Shown one piece after another: positions 34,156 to 45,200 of a stretch of DNA of 64,000 bases; the stretch's first letter is position 1; each line of letters starts with the position of its first letter. The notes below the pieces were generated by a model. The model saw nothing but the letters and a program-made list of their open reading frames with translations, did not search any database and had not been told where the DNA came from. Both the position numbers and the translations under genes were made by a program. The DNA comes from Selaginella moellendorffii (lineage: Eukaryota > Plantae > Lycopodiophyta), in NCBI RefSeq assembly GCF_000143415.4, contig NW_003314334.1:389614-453613 (forward strand), given 5' to 3'.

Positions 34156-36246
34156 CTAGACTGATCCTTTGACTGAATGTTCCACTTCCGTACGATGGTG
34201 AATGCTCGCCAAAAGCACGTAAGGAGCAGAGTTTTGGGGATCGGCAAGCATGGCCTGTGACGCCGCCATGCTCCCTCCGCGGCTGTTGTCGTGGCTCTTG
34301 CACGATCCCAGCAAGCACTTCCAATCCACACTGTCGGGAACAAAGGGCATGCTCGCGACGAGATCGTGTGCGTCTCGCAAGTGCCCCGCGCGACCCAGCA
34401 GATCGACTAAACAGCAGTAGATCTTCTTCCCGGGCTTGGCCATCCCGAAATCCGAAACCATGGACGCGAAGCACGATCGCCCAGATCCAACATCCCCGGT
34501 GCGGCTGATCGAAACGAGCACGCAAAGGAAGGAGGTTTCGTCCAGTGGAATGGAGCTCATCTTCATGGAATGTAGGAGATGCGTGGCATATTCGTATTCG
34601 CTGCCGTGGTGAGCGTACAGAGCCAACATCGCATTGCAAGAAATCGTGTCCAGCTCCGGCATTTGGATCCACAGCTTCTTTGCTTCGTTGACCAGTCCAC
34701 GCTGGGTATATGCCGAGAGAATAGCGTTCCAAGATGCCACATTTTTGTACGGTATGTCATGGAACACGGCCTTAGCCTCGACAAGATCCCCGCTTCTGGC
34801 AAATGCCGCCACCATTGAGTTATACGAAACTACGTCCCGGTTTTCCATTAAGTCAAACATTAGCTTTGCCTCTTCAATGTAGCCGCCACCAAGGAATGCT
34901 GAGAACATTGCGTCGTAACTTACCAGGTTTTTATCCTCCATCTGATCAAATAAGCTCTTGGCTTCCTCCAGACGGCCGTTTTGGGCATATGCAGACAGCA
35001 TTGAGTTCCAAGAGACGATATCTTTTGTTTCCATTTGATCAAAGAGGGCCTTTGCATCGCCAACCTTCCCTGCTTGTGCGTATGCCGAGAGCATGCAATC
35101 CCATGACACCACGTCCCTCTCTGGCATTGAGTTGAGTAGAGAGTTAGCGAGATCCACATGCCCGTTTTGGGCATATCCATTGAGCAAAGTGTTATACGAG
35201 ACCAGGTTTTTCTGTGGGATTCTATCAAAGACTTCTTTAGCTCGATCAGTATGTCCTCTCCGGGCATACGTAGCAAGGAGAGTGTTCCAAGAGACAATAT
35301 CCCACTCTTGCATTCGATCAAACAGACTGGTGGCTTCCTCGATGCAGCTGCTACCAGTAAGGTTGAGATCATAAGCAGACAGCATTGCATTGTAAGAGAC
35401 AATGTTCTTTTCTGGAATCAAGGAGAAGAGTCTCTTGGCCTTTTCCATATGCTCGTTCTGCGCATATCCCGTGAGCATCGTGTTCCATGAAATTACGTCC
35501 CACTCAAGCATCCGACTGTAAAAAATGTGCTCGGTTTCTTCCAGATTCCCTTCATGGGTATAGAGAAAAAGCATTGCATTCCAGGATACAACATCACTTT
35601 CGGGAAAAGAGTGAAGCAGTATTTTTGCTTCCAAGACATGTCCGCCTTGGGCATATAACGATAGCATTGTGTTCCACGACACCAAGTTTCTCTCAGGCAT
35701 TTTGTCAAAGAAGTTCTTGACCTCTTCCAAATGTCCAGACCGCGTATGTGCTCCAAGCATAGTTGTCCACGAAACAATATCCCTCTGTGGCATAAGTCTA
35801 AATATTCTTTCTGATTCCAGTACCTTTGAGTTCAGCATATAGACTGAAAGGATTGAGTTCCAAGAAAAGTGGTCGTGCTCGGGCATTGTATCAAAGATTC
35901 TTATGGATTCCTCTAAGTACCCTCTTTGGGCATATGCAGCTAGCATGGCATTCCATGCTACTAAGTCTCTCTGATCCATCCCATCAAAGAGTTTTTGCGC
36001 TTCCTTGAGATGTCCATTTCTGGTATACGCGCAGATCATCATTACCCACGAGAATGGATTTTTCGGTCGAATCTCATTGAAGATTCGGCGGGCATTATCG
36101 ACACTTCCACACCTGCCGTACATCTGGACGAGAATGTTGAGGGTGAACCGGTCGGGATGGGCAATGCGGGAGTGTATTTCGTTCGCTTGTGAGAGTTCTG
36201 TACAAGCGTTTATCAGGCTTCGTACGGCGTGATCTGTGCCCATCAT
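34156..36246 (-). CDS. PLS-class PPR protein (long SS array) with E domain, no DYW
   Basis: 696-aa intronless ORF with tandem 31-aa repeats; YCCLVDLLGRAG..MPFVPD..WKCLLGSC. Confidence 0.92.
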   Translation of the reverse strand: MMGTDHAVRSLINACTELSQANEIHSRIAHPDRFTLNILVQMYGRCGSVDNARRIFNEIRPKNPFSWVMMICAYTRNGHLKEAQKLFDGMDQRDLVAWNAMLAAYAQRGYLEESIRIFDTMPEHDHFSWNSILSVYMLNSKVLESERIFRLMPQRDIVSWTTMLGAHTRSGHLEEVKNFFDKMPERNLVSWNTMLSLYAQGGHVLEAKILLHSFPESDVVSWNAMLFLYTHEGNLEETEHIFYSRMLEWDVISWNTMLTGYAQNEHMEKAKRLFSLIPEKNIVSYNAMLSAYDLNLTGSSCIEEATSLFDRMQEWDIVSWNTLLATYARRGHTDRAKEVFDRIPQKNLVSYNTLLNGYAQNGHVDLANSLLNSMPERDVVSWDCMLSAYAQAGKVGDAKALFDQMETKDIVSWNSMLSAYAQNGRLEEAKSLFDQMEDKNLVSYDAMFSAFLGGGYIEEAKLMFDLMENRDVVSYNSMVAAFARSGDLVEAKAVFHDIPYKNVASWNAILSAYTQRGLVNEAKKLWIQMPELDTISCNAMLALYAHHGSEYEYATHLLHSMKMSSIPLDETSFLCVLVSISRTGDVGSGRSCFASMVSDFGMAKPGKKIYCCLVDLLGRAGHLRDAHDLVASMPFVPDSVDWKCLLGSCKSHDNSRGGSMAASQAMLADPQNSAPYVLLASIHHRTEVEHSVKGSV

Positions 36247-36429
36247 GGTATTGAGATGATCTGTTGATAAAAGTGTAGCAAAGATCTTGGAGGTAATGTG
36301 TTTTTATAGTATAAGTTTCACTGCCCAAAGTGGAAGAATCACAATATCCTAATTTTATCATAATAAAAGAGTCACAGAGACAGTATCTACAAATCTAGTG
36401 AGAATTTTGTATGGGTTCTTGTGTCGCAG

Positions 36430-37117
36430 CCTGAGGTTCTTGTGTTCTCCGAGTTCCACTCCACGAACCAGATTCAAGTAAGTTCTTGGTCTTGATCTAC
36501 TCCAAAAACATGAAAATTACAGGTTACCAGATTCTTATGTGGTGGATTCATCGTTGGTATTTCCTCAAGTCATGCAATCTTTGACGGAAACTCTGCCTGT
36601 GAGTTTTACGACGCTATCTCCAGAACTGTAAGAGGGGATCTCATTCCGTCGACGTCAATTCCGGTCGCACCATCTTTCGCGGCCCAAACGATCCAACACT
36701 CAGTCACCCGGAGCTCGTTCCAATGCCTGATGTTCCACCCAGCGCACTACCATCATTCCAAATCGCTCCACTCAGGTTTCGCATTTAAATTATTCTCCTT
36801 CATGCCCACCATCCATTCTTTCAAGAAAAAGGCACTGTGCGATGGCACCATAGCCAGATGCTCGTCTTTTGAAGCATTGGCGGGCCATGTCTGGAAGGCA
36901 CAGACAAAAGCCTCGTGCAACAACAACAAAAGAAAAGGTGGCGAACCTCTTTGTGGCTGTTTACAAATGTTCGTCACACGATGGCAAATCTACCAAAGAA
37001 TTACGTTGGAAATGCGGTGGTGTCTGCTCCGTGCTGGGACATGGTTGAGGAGATTCGCAACGCCGTTGTTTATGGGCATGAGTTTTAAGAAAATGGGCAA
37101 ACTGGAAGAGTTCTTGA
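36430..37117 (+). pseudogene. Deleted, frameshifted tandem copy of the BAHD acyltransferase
   Basis: Collinear similarity to 38040-38935 (caggttaccagattc.., HAIFDG, ARCSSFEAL, KMGKLEE) with large gaps. Confidence 0.85.
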
Positions 37118-37558
37118 ATACAGCAAATAAAAGAATTTAAACTTGAAGAAAGATAATGCTAAATTATTTATAATGCTAAACCGTACTTAGAGATGTACTT
37201 GCATCGTGCACCGACATCTATATTCTTATTAAGTGTGAAGAACGAGCGATGCTAGATTGGCTACTCGGCTTCCGCAAGAGCATGCTCATTTGTCAATGGC
37301 AAAGGCTGGATTTTGTCGTCACAGTTACGTGAGGAAGACGTGCCACAATGTGGGGGTCCTCAAACTGTAAAGCTCTGGATGTGATGAACATCATGGGTGA
37401 TTTACAGGCTGAAATGATTTCTACACTCCAATGTCGTGTCCAGCTTATGGCCACAAGTTCTCCGTAAGTTTATCAAGTTGCATACTTTAGGATGGTTGTA
37501 TAGAAAATCAACCTATAAAAGAGCCAGCAAAATCACACTCTTTGCCATCGAGAAAGAA

Positions 37559-38944
37559 ATGGGTCAGCATGTTTTTGTAGAAGAGGTTTCTGTTTTGAAG
37601 CCTCCCATCTCCACTCCTTGCACCACTCTCTTCCTCCACAATCTCGAGCAGCAGCTCTTCTTCCCAGTAGAAATGCTCTTCTCCTACAAAGTCGACTCCC
37701 CGGGTTCCACCCGAAACGTTGCCCATGTCGTGCGAGATGCTCTGCAACAGGTTCTCGTCCCTTACTACTTCGTGGCCGGAAGGATCCGAGTGAACGAGGA
37801 GCAAGGCCGAGTTGAGCTCGACTGCAACGGGGCTGGAGTTTTGTTTGCCAGTGCGAGCTGCTCGTCCACGATTCGTGACGCTGGAGACCTCCGAATGCCA
37901 AATCCAAGCGCGAGAAACTTTCTCGTTTTTCCTACCGAAATGCCCATGGAAATCTGCGACGTTCCGCTCGTAACGATCCAAGTAAGTGTTTCTTCTTGGA
38001 TGAACTTCCGTTACTTCCACTTACAAGTTGCATCAACCTTGCAGGTTACCAGATTCATATGTGGAGGATTCATTGTTGGTATTTTAGCAAGCCATGCGAT
38101 CTTTGATGGAACCGCTGGCTGCGAGTTTTACGATGCCATTGCAAGAACTGCAAGAGGGGATCTCAACCCAGCGACGATGACCTTCAATCTTGATCGCTCC
38201 GTCTTTCGCAGCTCAAATCCACCCCGACCAACGCTCGATCACCCCGAGCTCGTTTCGATGCCTGATGTCCCAGCCAAGTTGATCTTCAGCCCAGCGCACT
38301 ATCACCCTTCTAAATCTCTCCTCCCGGGGTTTTCTTTTAAGTTATTCTCCTTCACGCCCGCCATGCTGGATTCATTAAAGAAAAAGGCGCTGTCGGATGG
38401 CACTATAGCCAGATGCTCATCTTTCGAAGCTTTGACAGCCCATATCTGGCAGGCGCGAGCAAAAGCCTCGCATGACTCCCATGCAACAACAAAGGTGGCG
38501 AACCTCTTTGTGGTTGTAAACGTTCGTCACAAGGTCAAAAATATTCCGAAGGACTTCGTTGGAAACGCGGTGGTGGCTGCTCCCTCCTGCGACACCACAG
38601 TGGAGGATCTTTGCAACGCAACATTGTCGTTGTGCGTACGAAAGGTCCAAGCAGCCATTAGGCGTGGAACGGAGGAATATGTGCGGTCAGTAGTGGATTG
38701 GTGCGAGGACAGGCATGGCATCATTGACTTGCCGGGTGGCATGATCATCACACCATGGTCGAAGTTGGCATTTCACAAGCTGGATTTTGGATGGGGGAAC
38801 CCGGACTACGTTACGTCAGCTGTGCATGACAGGAAAGAATATGTGGTTTTGCTGTCCAACTGTATGGGAGATGGCGGAGTGGACGTGTTTATGGGTATGG
38901 AGTTTGAAAAGATGGGCAAACTAGAAGACTTCCTCATGGTATGA
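37559..38944 (+). CDS. BAHD acyltransferase (ASFT/HHT omega-hydroxyacid feruloyl transferase-like); intron 37982-38044
   Basis: LVPYYFVAGRI, IQ/VTRFICGGF (conserved Q intron), HAIFDG, SSFEALTAHIW, EEYVRSVVDW, DFGWG. Confidence 0.9.
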   Translation: MGQHVFVEEVSVLKPPISTPCTTLFLHNLEQQLFFPVEMLFSYKVDSPGSTRNVAHVVRDALQQVLVPYYFVAGRIRVNEEQGRVELDCNGAGVLFASASCSSTIRDAGDLRMPNPSARNFLVFPTEMPMEICDVPLVTIQVSVSSWMNFRYFHLQVASTLQVTRFICGGFIVGILASHAIFDGTAGCEFYDAIARTARGDLNPATMTFNLDRSVFRSSNPPRPTLDHPELVSMPDVPAKLIFSPAHYHPSKSLLPGFSFKLFSFTPAMLDSLKKKALSDGTIARCSSFEALTAHIWQARAKASHDSHATTKVANLFVVVNVRHKVKNIPKDFVGNAVVAAPSCDTTVEDLCNATLSLCVRKVQAAIRRGTEEYVRSVVDWCEDRHGIIDLPGGMIITPWSKLAFHKLDFGWGNPDYVTSAVHDRKEYVVLLSNCMGDGGVDVFMGMEFEKMGKLEDFLMV

Positions 38945-39000
38945 TTGATAATTGAGTGAAAAGCATAATAAAAATTTTCCGTAAGTCTCACTAATTTGCT

Positions 39001-40142
39001 TTAAGTCTCGAGCTTATGAGCCTCCACTATAGAGCAGAGACAGTTCACATCACCTATAGTTTTAATGTTGTTAAACTGTGCTTGAGTGAGGAGCTCTGTG
39101 AACTGCACGCTTGTTCTCTCTTTGCCTCCTTTGGTGAGGGCCAAGAGGACCAAGTCGAATGCAAATTTGAGTGATTCGAATGGTCCTCTTTCTGCTGGAT
39201 CCATGTCAATATCAACAATTATCAGCTTTCCTCCATGGGGAAGTGCCTTGTAGCAGTTTTGGAGAACAAGAATCACTTCGTCATCGTCAAAGTCATGTAG
39301 TATAGTCTATAATAAAAAAGAGAGATCAAAGTTGATATCCTATGAGAGCTCCTTACTTTGAGGAGAATTGCATCAGCTGGTGGAATGTTTTCCATCATGT
39401 CACCACGAACATGCCTCACACCTTTAGAAATATAAAATTATTTTCAACAAGATGTATATATTTTTTTACCTGGAATGGCTGGAGCAGCGTGGGCAACATG
39501 AGGAAGCTCATAATTCACACCAGCAATGTGGGGATACTTTTCCACAACCCTGCCAATATCAGCTCCAAAACCTCCTCCCACATCCACTAAAACTCCTCTA
39601 ATCTCATCAAAACCATGATAAGTTTGTAGAACCGAGTCCATGGTAACATTGGAGATGGCTACCATTCCCTGGCTAAAAAGCCCCAGAAACTCTGGATTTT
39701 TCTCCATGTAATCCCAGATAAACATCCCTTGGGCTCTCTGGAAGGGGACCTCGCCACCGTGAAGTATGAATTCGTGTATGTGATGCCACCCTGAAGTTAC
39801 GACCTCGTCTTGCAGCATGAGCAGCCGAGCAAACTTCGATTCAGTGAGCATCTCGCAGAGCTCGGTGCTTCCATACTTGAATTCGCCTGGAACTTCCAGA
39901 GATTGAATCTTTAGAAGAACTTTCTTCACCACCAAGTAGTCGAGGAGACGACGAAGAGGGGCTAGTTGGATGTTTGTGCCTTGGAGCCGGGCCGCGATTT
40001 CTTCCAAGCTCATAGATTTCTCCAAAGAATCGGAGAGAATGTCTGGAATTCTAAGAAGAACCGCGGCCTTGATCCCGAAAGAAGTCGCATGGCCGATGGC
40101 CATCTCCCACAGAGCCGCGAGATTCTGCGCGTGAGAAGCCAT
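39001..40142 (-). CDS. Class II SAM-dependent O-methyltransferase (COMT-like fold), 3 exons
   Basis: Dimerisation domain (IKAAVLLRIPDIL), LVDVGGGFG, ELPHV, GDMM, ILHDF, GGKERT. Confidence 0.9.
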
Positions 40143-40192
40143 AGCCAAGCGCCCAAAAACCTTCGAATTTAAATTCAAAAAAGATTCGGTAA

Positions 40193-42193
40193 ATGATTCT
40201 CCCCTCGACCAAGGCCGAGTGCGCGGGGTTGATTCGATCGTGCAGTAGCATAGGACAGGCGCGCGACCTCCACTTGCAAATCCAAATCTCCCTCCGGAAT
40301 CTCCTCACCCAGGATGCCTTCCTCGCCAATCTCCTCGTCCAGATGTATGGGCGATTGGGCAGCGTGGACGAGGCGCGCGCCCTCTTCGATCGAATCCCCA
40401 GAAGGAACTCCTTCTCCTGGGTGCTCATGCTCACGGCTTACGTCCAAAACGGGTTTCTGGATCGCGCCAAAGCGCTGTTCGACCAGATCCCTCACGCCAA
40501 TCCCGTGGCGGCGAATGCGTTGCTGTCGGCGTACGCCCACGCCGGCGATCTCGCCGCAGCAAGAAATCTGTTTGATTCGTTGCGCGAGCCCGAGTGGCAG
40601 AGCCTCTCGCTTTGGAACACGATGCTTTCGGCATATGCCCTTACCGGCCATCTAGAAGAGCTCGAGCGTCTCTACAAAGAGATGCCGGTTTGGGATAGGG
40701 TCTCGTGGACGGCCATGCTGACCGCGTACGGAAGGTCTGGTGATGCTCGAAAAGCTAGTATTGTGTTTGAATTCATGGCCGAGAGGGACATGGTTTGCTG
40801 GAGCGCAATGATCACTGCATTTGCCCAAAACGGGCAGTTTCTTAGCGCAGAAAAACTCTTTCGCTCGATGCCGGAGACTGACCTAGTGTCCTGGAATGCG
40901 ATGCTGGCGATGTACGCACAAGCCGGAAAGATAGAAAATGCGAAGAAAACCTTTGATTCGATGCCCGAGAGAGATCTTTTTGCATGGTGCGCACTGATCA
41001 CAGGATATGCCCAAAACGGGCATCTGGAGGCCGCGTTTTTCTTGCTGGATTCGATGCCGGAGCGGAACCTGGTGCCCTGGAACGCAATTCTCTCCGTCTG
41101 CGTGCAAAGGGGTCTCTTGGACGAGACGAAAAACATCGTCGATTCGATGCCGGAGGTCGATCTGATCGCCAGCAACGGGCTGCTCATCGCCTACGCTCAA
41201 GAGGGCGATCTCCAAAACGCAAGAAAAACTTTCGATCGAATGCCCGAGCGCGATATCGTGTCATGGAACGCGATGCTCTCGGCCTACACCCATCTCGGCC
41301 TCGTCGACGAGGCCAAGAGCTTCGTGGAGCAAATGCCCGAGGTGAGCATGGTGACGTGGAATGCCACGTTGTATTCCCTCAGCCAAGCTGGCCATGTCAT
41401 GAGGGGAAAAGCTCTCTTTGAAGAAATGAAGCTCAAGGACTATTACTCCTGGAATGTGATGCTCTCGGTATATGCCCAGAACGGGCATCTGGAAGAAGCC
41501 TTGGACGTTTTCCACTGCATGCCCGAGAGAGGTACCGTCGCCTACAATACAATGATCGCAGCTCACGCTCAAAACAAGGATCTGGATCGAGCAAAAGTGC
41601 TATTTTTCCAAATGCCGGAGTGGGATACAATCACCTGGAACGCCATGATGACCGCGTTTGCGAACAAAGGTCTTCTCAACCACGCGCGGCGATTGCTACG
41701 CTTGATGCCGGAGCCCAATCCCATCTCCTGGAACGCTCTCATTGCAGCCTTTGGAAGCAATGGACGCCTGAGTAGCGCTGTGGAGATTTTCCAGGAGATG
41801 GTTCTCGAGGGATCCAAGGTGAGCGAGACGACTTTCGTTTGCTGGCTCCTCGGTTGCAACCACAACGGAAACGTTGCTTCTGGCTGGTCGTGCTTCCGAT
41901 CAATGTTCGAGCATTCTGTCCCGCCATCCAGACAAAGTTACTCGTGCATGATCGATATACTTAGCAGGGCTGGTTACCTGAGAGACGCCGAGGATCTCAT
42001 TCGCTCCATGCCTTACGCTCCAGACTTTGTCGACTGGCAGTGCTTGCTCGGAGCTTGCCGAGGGAGCAGCGAGAACCGCAGAGGTGGCGCTCGAGCTGCA
42101 AGGCAGGCAATCGAGTTAGAACCCAAAGACGCTTCCACTTACGTGCTGTGGGCGAACATCGAGGTCCCGAAGCAAAAGCTTGTTCATCTCTAG
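40193..42193 (+). CDS. PLS-class PPR protein (SS array) with E domain, no DYW
   Basis: 666-aa intronless ORF; YSCMIDILSRAG..MPYAPD..WQCLLGAC..YVLWAN. Confidence 0.92.
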   Translation: MILPSTKAECAGLIRSCSSIGQARDLHLQIQISLRNLLTQDAFLANLLVQMYGRLGSVDEARALFDRIPRRNSFSWVLMLTAYVQNGFLDRAKALFDQIPHANPVAANALLSAYAHAGDLAAARNLFDSLREPEWQSLSLWNTMLSAYALTGHLEELERLYKEMPVWDRVSWTAMLTAYGRSGDARKASIVFEFMAERDMVCWSAMITAFAQNGQFLSAEKLFRSMPETDLVSWNAMLAMYAQAGKIENAKKTFDSMPERDLFAWCALITGYAQNGHLEAAFFLLDSMPERNLVPWNAILSVCVQRGLLDETKNIVDSMPEVDLIASNGLLIAYAQEGDLQNARKTFDRMPERDIVSWNAMLSAYTHLGLVDEAKSFVEQMPEVSMVTWNATLYSLSQAGHVMRGKALFEEMKLKDYYSWNVMLSVYAQNGHLEEALDVFHCMPERGTVAYNTMIAAHAQNKDLDRAKVLFFQMPEWDTITWNAMMTAFANKGLLNHARRLLRLMPEPNPISWNALIAAFGSNGRLSSAVEIFQEMVLEGSKVSETTFVCWLLGCNHNGNVASGWSCFRSMFEHSVPPSRQSYSCMIDILSRAGYLRDAEDLIRSMPYAPDFVDWQCLLGACRGSSENRRGGARAARQAIELEPKDASTYVLWANIEVPKQKLVHL

Positions 42194-42241
42194 AATTTCA
42201 AAAAGGCTTTTCTCTTTTGGTCTCTGTGAATATTTACAACA

Positions 42242-45200
42242 CTAATACAACCTTCCTCGGCATCCAGACGATCCACAGTGGCACGGGCAACCCCTTCCTG
42301 GTAATAACTTGTACCTGTAGTCGTAAGATAGTTCTTCTCCGCAAAGAATCTGCGAGAAACAAAAACAAAACTTAGTGGAGGTCCGTTTGTCACCCATGGC
42401 TCGGTACTTACATCACGGCTAGCAAATAATCCAATGTGCGCGAGTTGATAGTCCATGCTCTCCACTAACACCTGATAGTTTACAAGGTTCGGGGAACAAC
42501 TGCGTAAAGCCAGCATTCAATCAGCAACGCATCCACGATATTGCCGTCACAGTACCTGTGGTTTATAAACCTCGCAACGTTTCCATGCTTTGTTGCATCT
42601 ATAACAAACGGTTTTATTCTTGGAACTCTGCTTGGTCCCCTTCGAGATCTCCCTCCGGTGTTTAAGTGCACATCAATGTCGTACAGATAGCTACAACCAA
42701 CTTGATCGTATCTGTCCAATCAAAGTGTAAGACGAAATCCGGAATCCAGATCTGCAAAACAATCACCTTTCTCCTCGCCGATTTGCTTCTTGATCGTTCA
42801 GTACTTCACCAAGGTACTCGCAAACAAACGTTCCACGGGAGATGTTTTGAGCGGCCCTCACAGCCCATCCCTTTGACAACACAGGCACTTAGTTAATCCA
42901 TCTTCACCGAGGAAAACAAATAATACCTTGTGCCTCGTCTTGAAAACCTCCAGTTTAACTTTTACACCTCTCTGAAGAACACGATTCGGACACTCCTCGG
43001 AGCACATACAACTCGTATTGCACTCATAAACGAGGTAACCCTCCTGCAAAACAAGAAACGAATGAGCTATCTTACTAGGTAGAATAATGACGCTTACTTG
43101 AAGAACGATGCGGCCTTCTCCATCGTAAGGAAACCTCCGAAGCATTTCTTCTCCCCATATGTCACATGCGTCTGCGTAATCACTATCAAACATTTCCACG
43201 TGATCACACGACCTTGATGAGCATCGACCCCGTCCGCAAGAACAGCCGATTTGCGAATCCTGGAAGTTACAAAGAGAAAAAACAGAAAACCGAGAAATTA
43301 GAACTTGAGAACCAATATAAACAAACCTTCGTATCAAGTCCCAAAGACGGATCAAGCAAACGATCTGTGACGTAGCTGAAAGTCTCCCACGGTTTTAGAG
43401 AGTCGACGTGGTACGACTTTCCCTCCCTACACTGCAAGCAGTTGCAGGGATCGGTCTCTTCGTCCTCCACACAAGGAACCGGTACACGCTCTTTCCCGAA
43501 GCTTATGTCTTCGCAAAGAACCACGCTCTTTTTCCTGGCCGACGCAGCAACGGCACCCTTCCGGAAAACATGCAGCCTCATTTCCGAGGTGCGCTCTGGA
43601 GCTCTAGCGGTACAGTTTTGAGGACAAGTGAAACCATCTCGAGCCCACTCAATCTCCTGCGGAGCAGCCAATTTCACAGCGTTTGCGTGCGTTCCCTTGG
43701 GGACTGAGTCGTACTGTTCTTCCAGAGTGCGGTAGAACCGTGCCTCGCAGCATGCAGACCGAGCAGCAGCTAGAATTTCATCATCTCCAGGAGGTCCAGG
43801 CAGCTTGGCAGCAGCCCCACGTTCAGCTTCCGATCTCTCGCTCTTCTGTTGCTGCACGCTGTGCAGTGCCTTCTTGATGCGAAGAATGGAGTTCATCCCA
43901 TGCTGGCTGAGTTTTCCACGCCTCCGGTTACTACGGTTGCCTTGAGTCACGCCCGTTCTCGATTTCGAGATTGTCCCAACGTGTGAGGACATGTGTACTG
44001 CTTGATGATGCCGGCCCAAGTCTGGTAGCGCACGGAATTTTTTCCCGCACAGCTTGCAGGTGTACTTGTGCTCCGAGCCGTCGTTGTCTACAGAGTAGCA
44101 GTTCCCATCGAGGTACTCGAGTGCTTCCATCTCGTCAGCCGAATAGTCCGAGCTAGGAATGTCCATGAAGTCTTCGTCGTCCAGAGAATCTTGCTGGTTG
44201 TCATCTGAAAGTACCGGGAATGGTTCTTCTGCAGTGACAAGATCGTCGTCCGGCATCTTCGTGTCTTCCGCAGGATCCTCAGCTGGTAGAGCGAGTGTTG
44301 GCATTGCACTGAGATGATCCGAATGTCCCGACACCACGTGATCCCACAGAGCCTCGAAGTGTGGAAACTGCTCGTCACAGTTGATACAGATGTGAACGGC
44401 GGGAACGTCCGTCAAGGCTTCGTGATCGGTCTTACAGTGTCTCTCCAGGCTCGACTTGTTCGTAAACTCCTTGTTGCATTCCTTGCAGGCATAGCCTTTC
44501 AAGAACCAGTGCGCCTCTGTCTCATGAGAAGCCTTCCAGTGGTTGCCGAGCTCCACCATCTCGGCAAACTCGTCGTCACAGATGCTGCACTTTATCTTTT
44601 CTTGCTGCTTTTGCTCGGCCTGGTCACCCGATAGCTGCTCTGGACATTTGCCTTCAACCTCCGCGGCCCCTTCTGGAGTCGGTTTCGATGCCTCCGCACG
44701 CTCTTGAAGCTTCAAGAACCTCCCGAGCTTGTCCTTCCGCTGGTTTACTAGCTTCATCAGTGCCGTGGCAGCATGGATATCCTTGGAGGCTTCAGCAAGC
44801 ACCCAATCCAGTAGCTTGTCAGCCGAGTCGGTAGTGTCACTGGTACTGGCTCCTTCCATTTTCGCACTTTCCATATACCTGCTGAGCCAGCTTTTTGCTT
44901 TAAGCACAGTTTGTGCTTCGTCCAGCTTCTTCACTTCAGACGGAGCCGCATCTTCTTGCTGCGAGTTGCTATCCGGCTGATGCTTCTCACAGTAGAAACT
45001 TCCCGGTCTTGATTTGTGAGAGCACTGATCGCCATTTACGCACCTCCCAAGGCAGCGCACCCGCGTCGCTGCCGGCCCGTTGTTTCTAATTATTCTTCCC
45101 ATCCGCTTGAGATGCCAACTATAGTTTCTCGCTCGCTCTATAGAAGCCGTCACCTTTCTTCTCCTGGGACTGCTTTCTTCTTTAACGTCTTCGCCAGTCG

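Noticed and set aside
37436-37558. N-terminal extension of the BAHD ORF in the track
   Set aside because: Non-ATG start, and the region contains a TATA-like cctataaaa at about 37512; the ATG at 37559 fits better.
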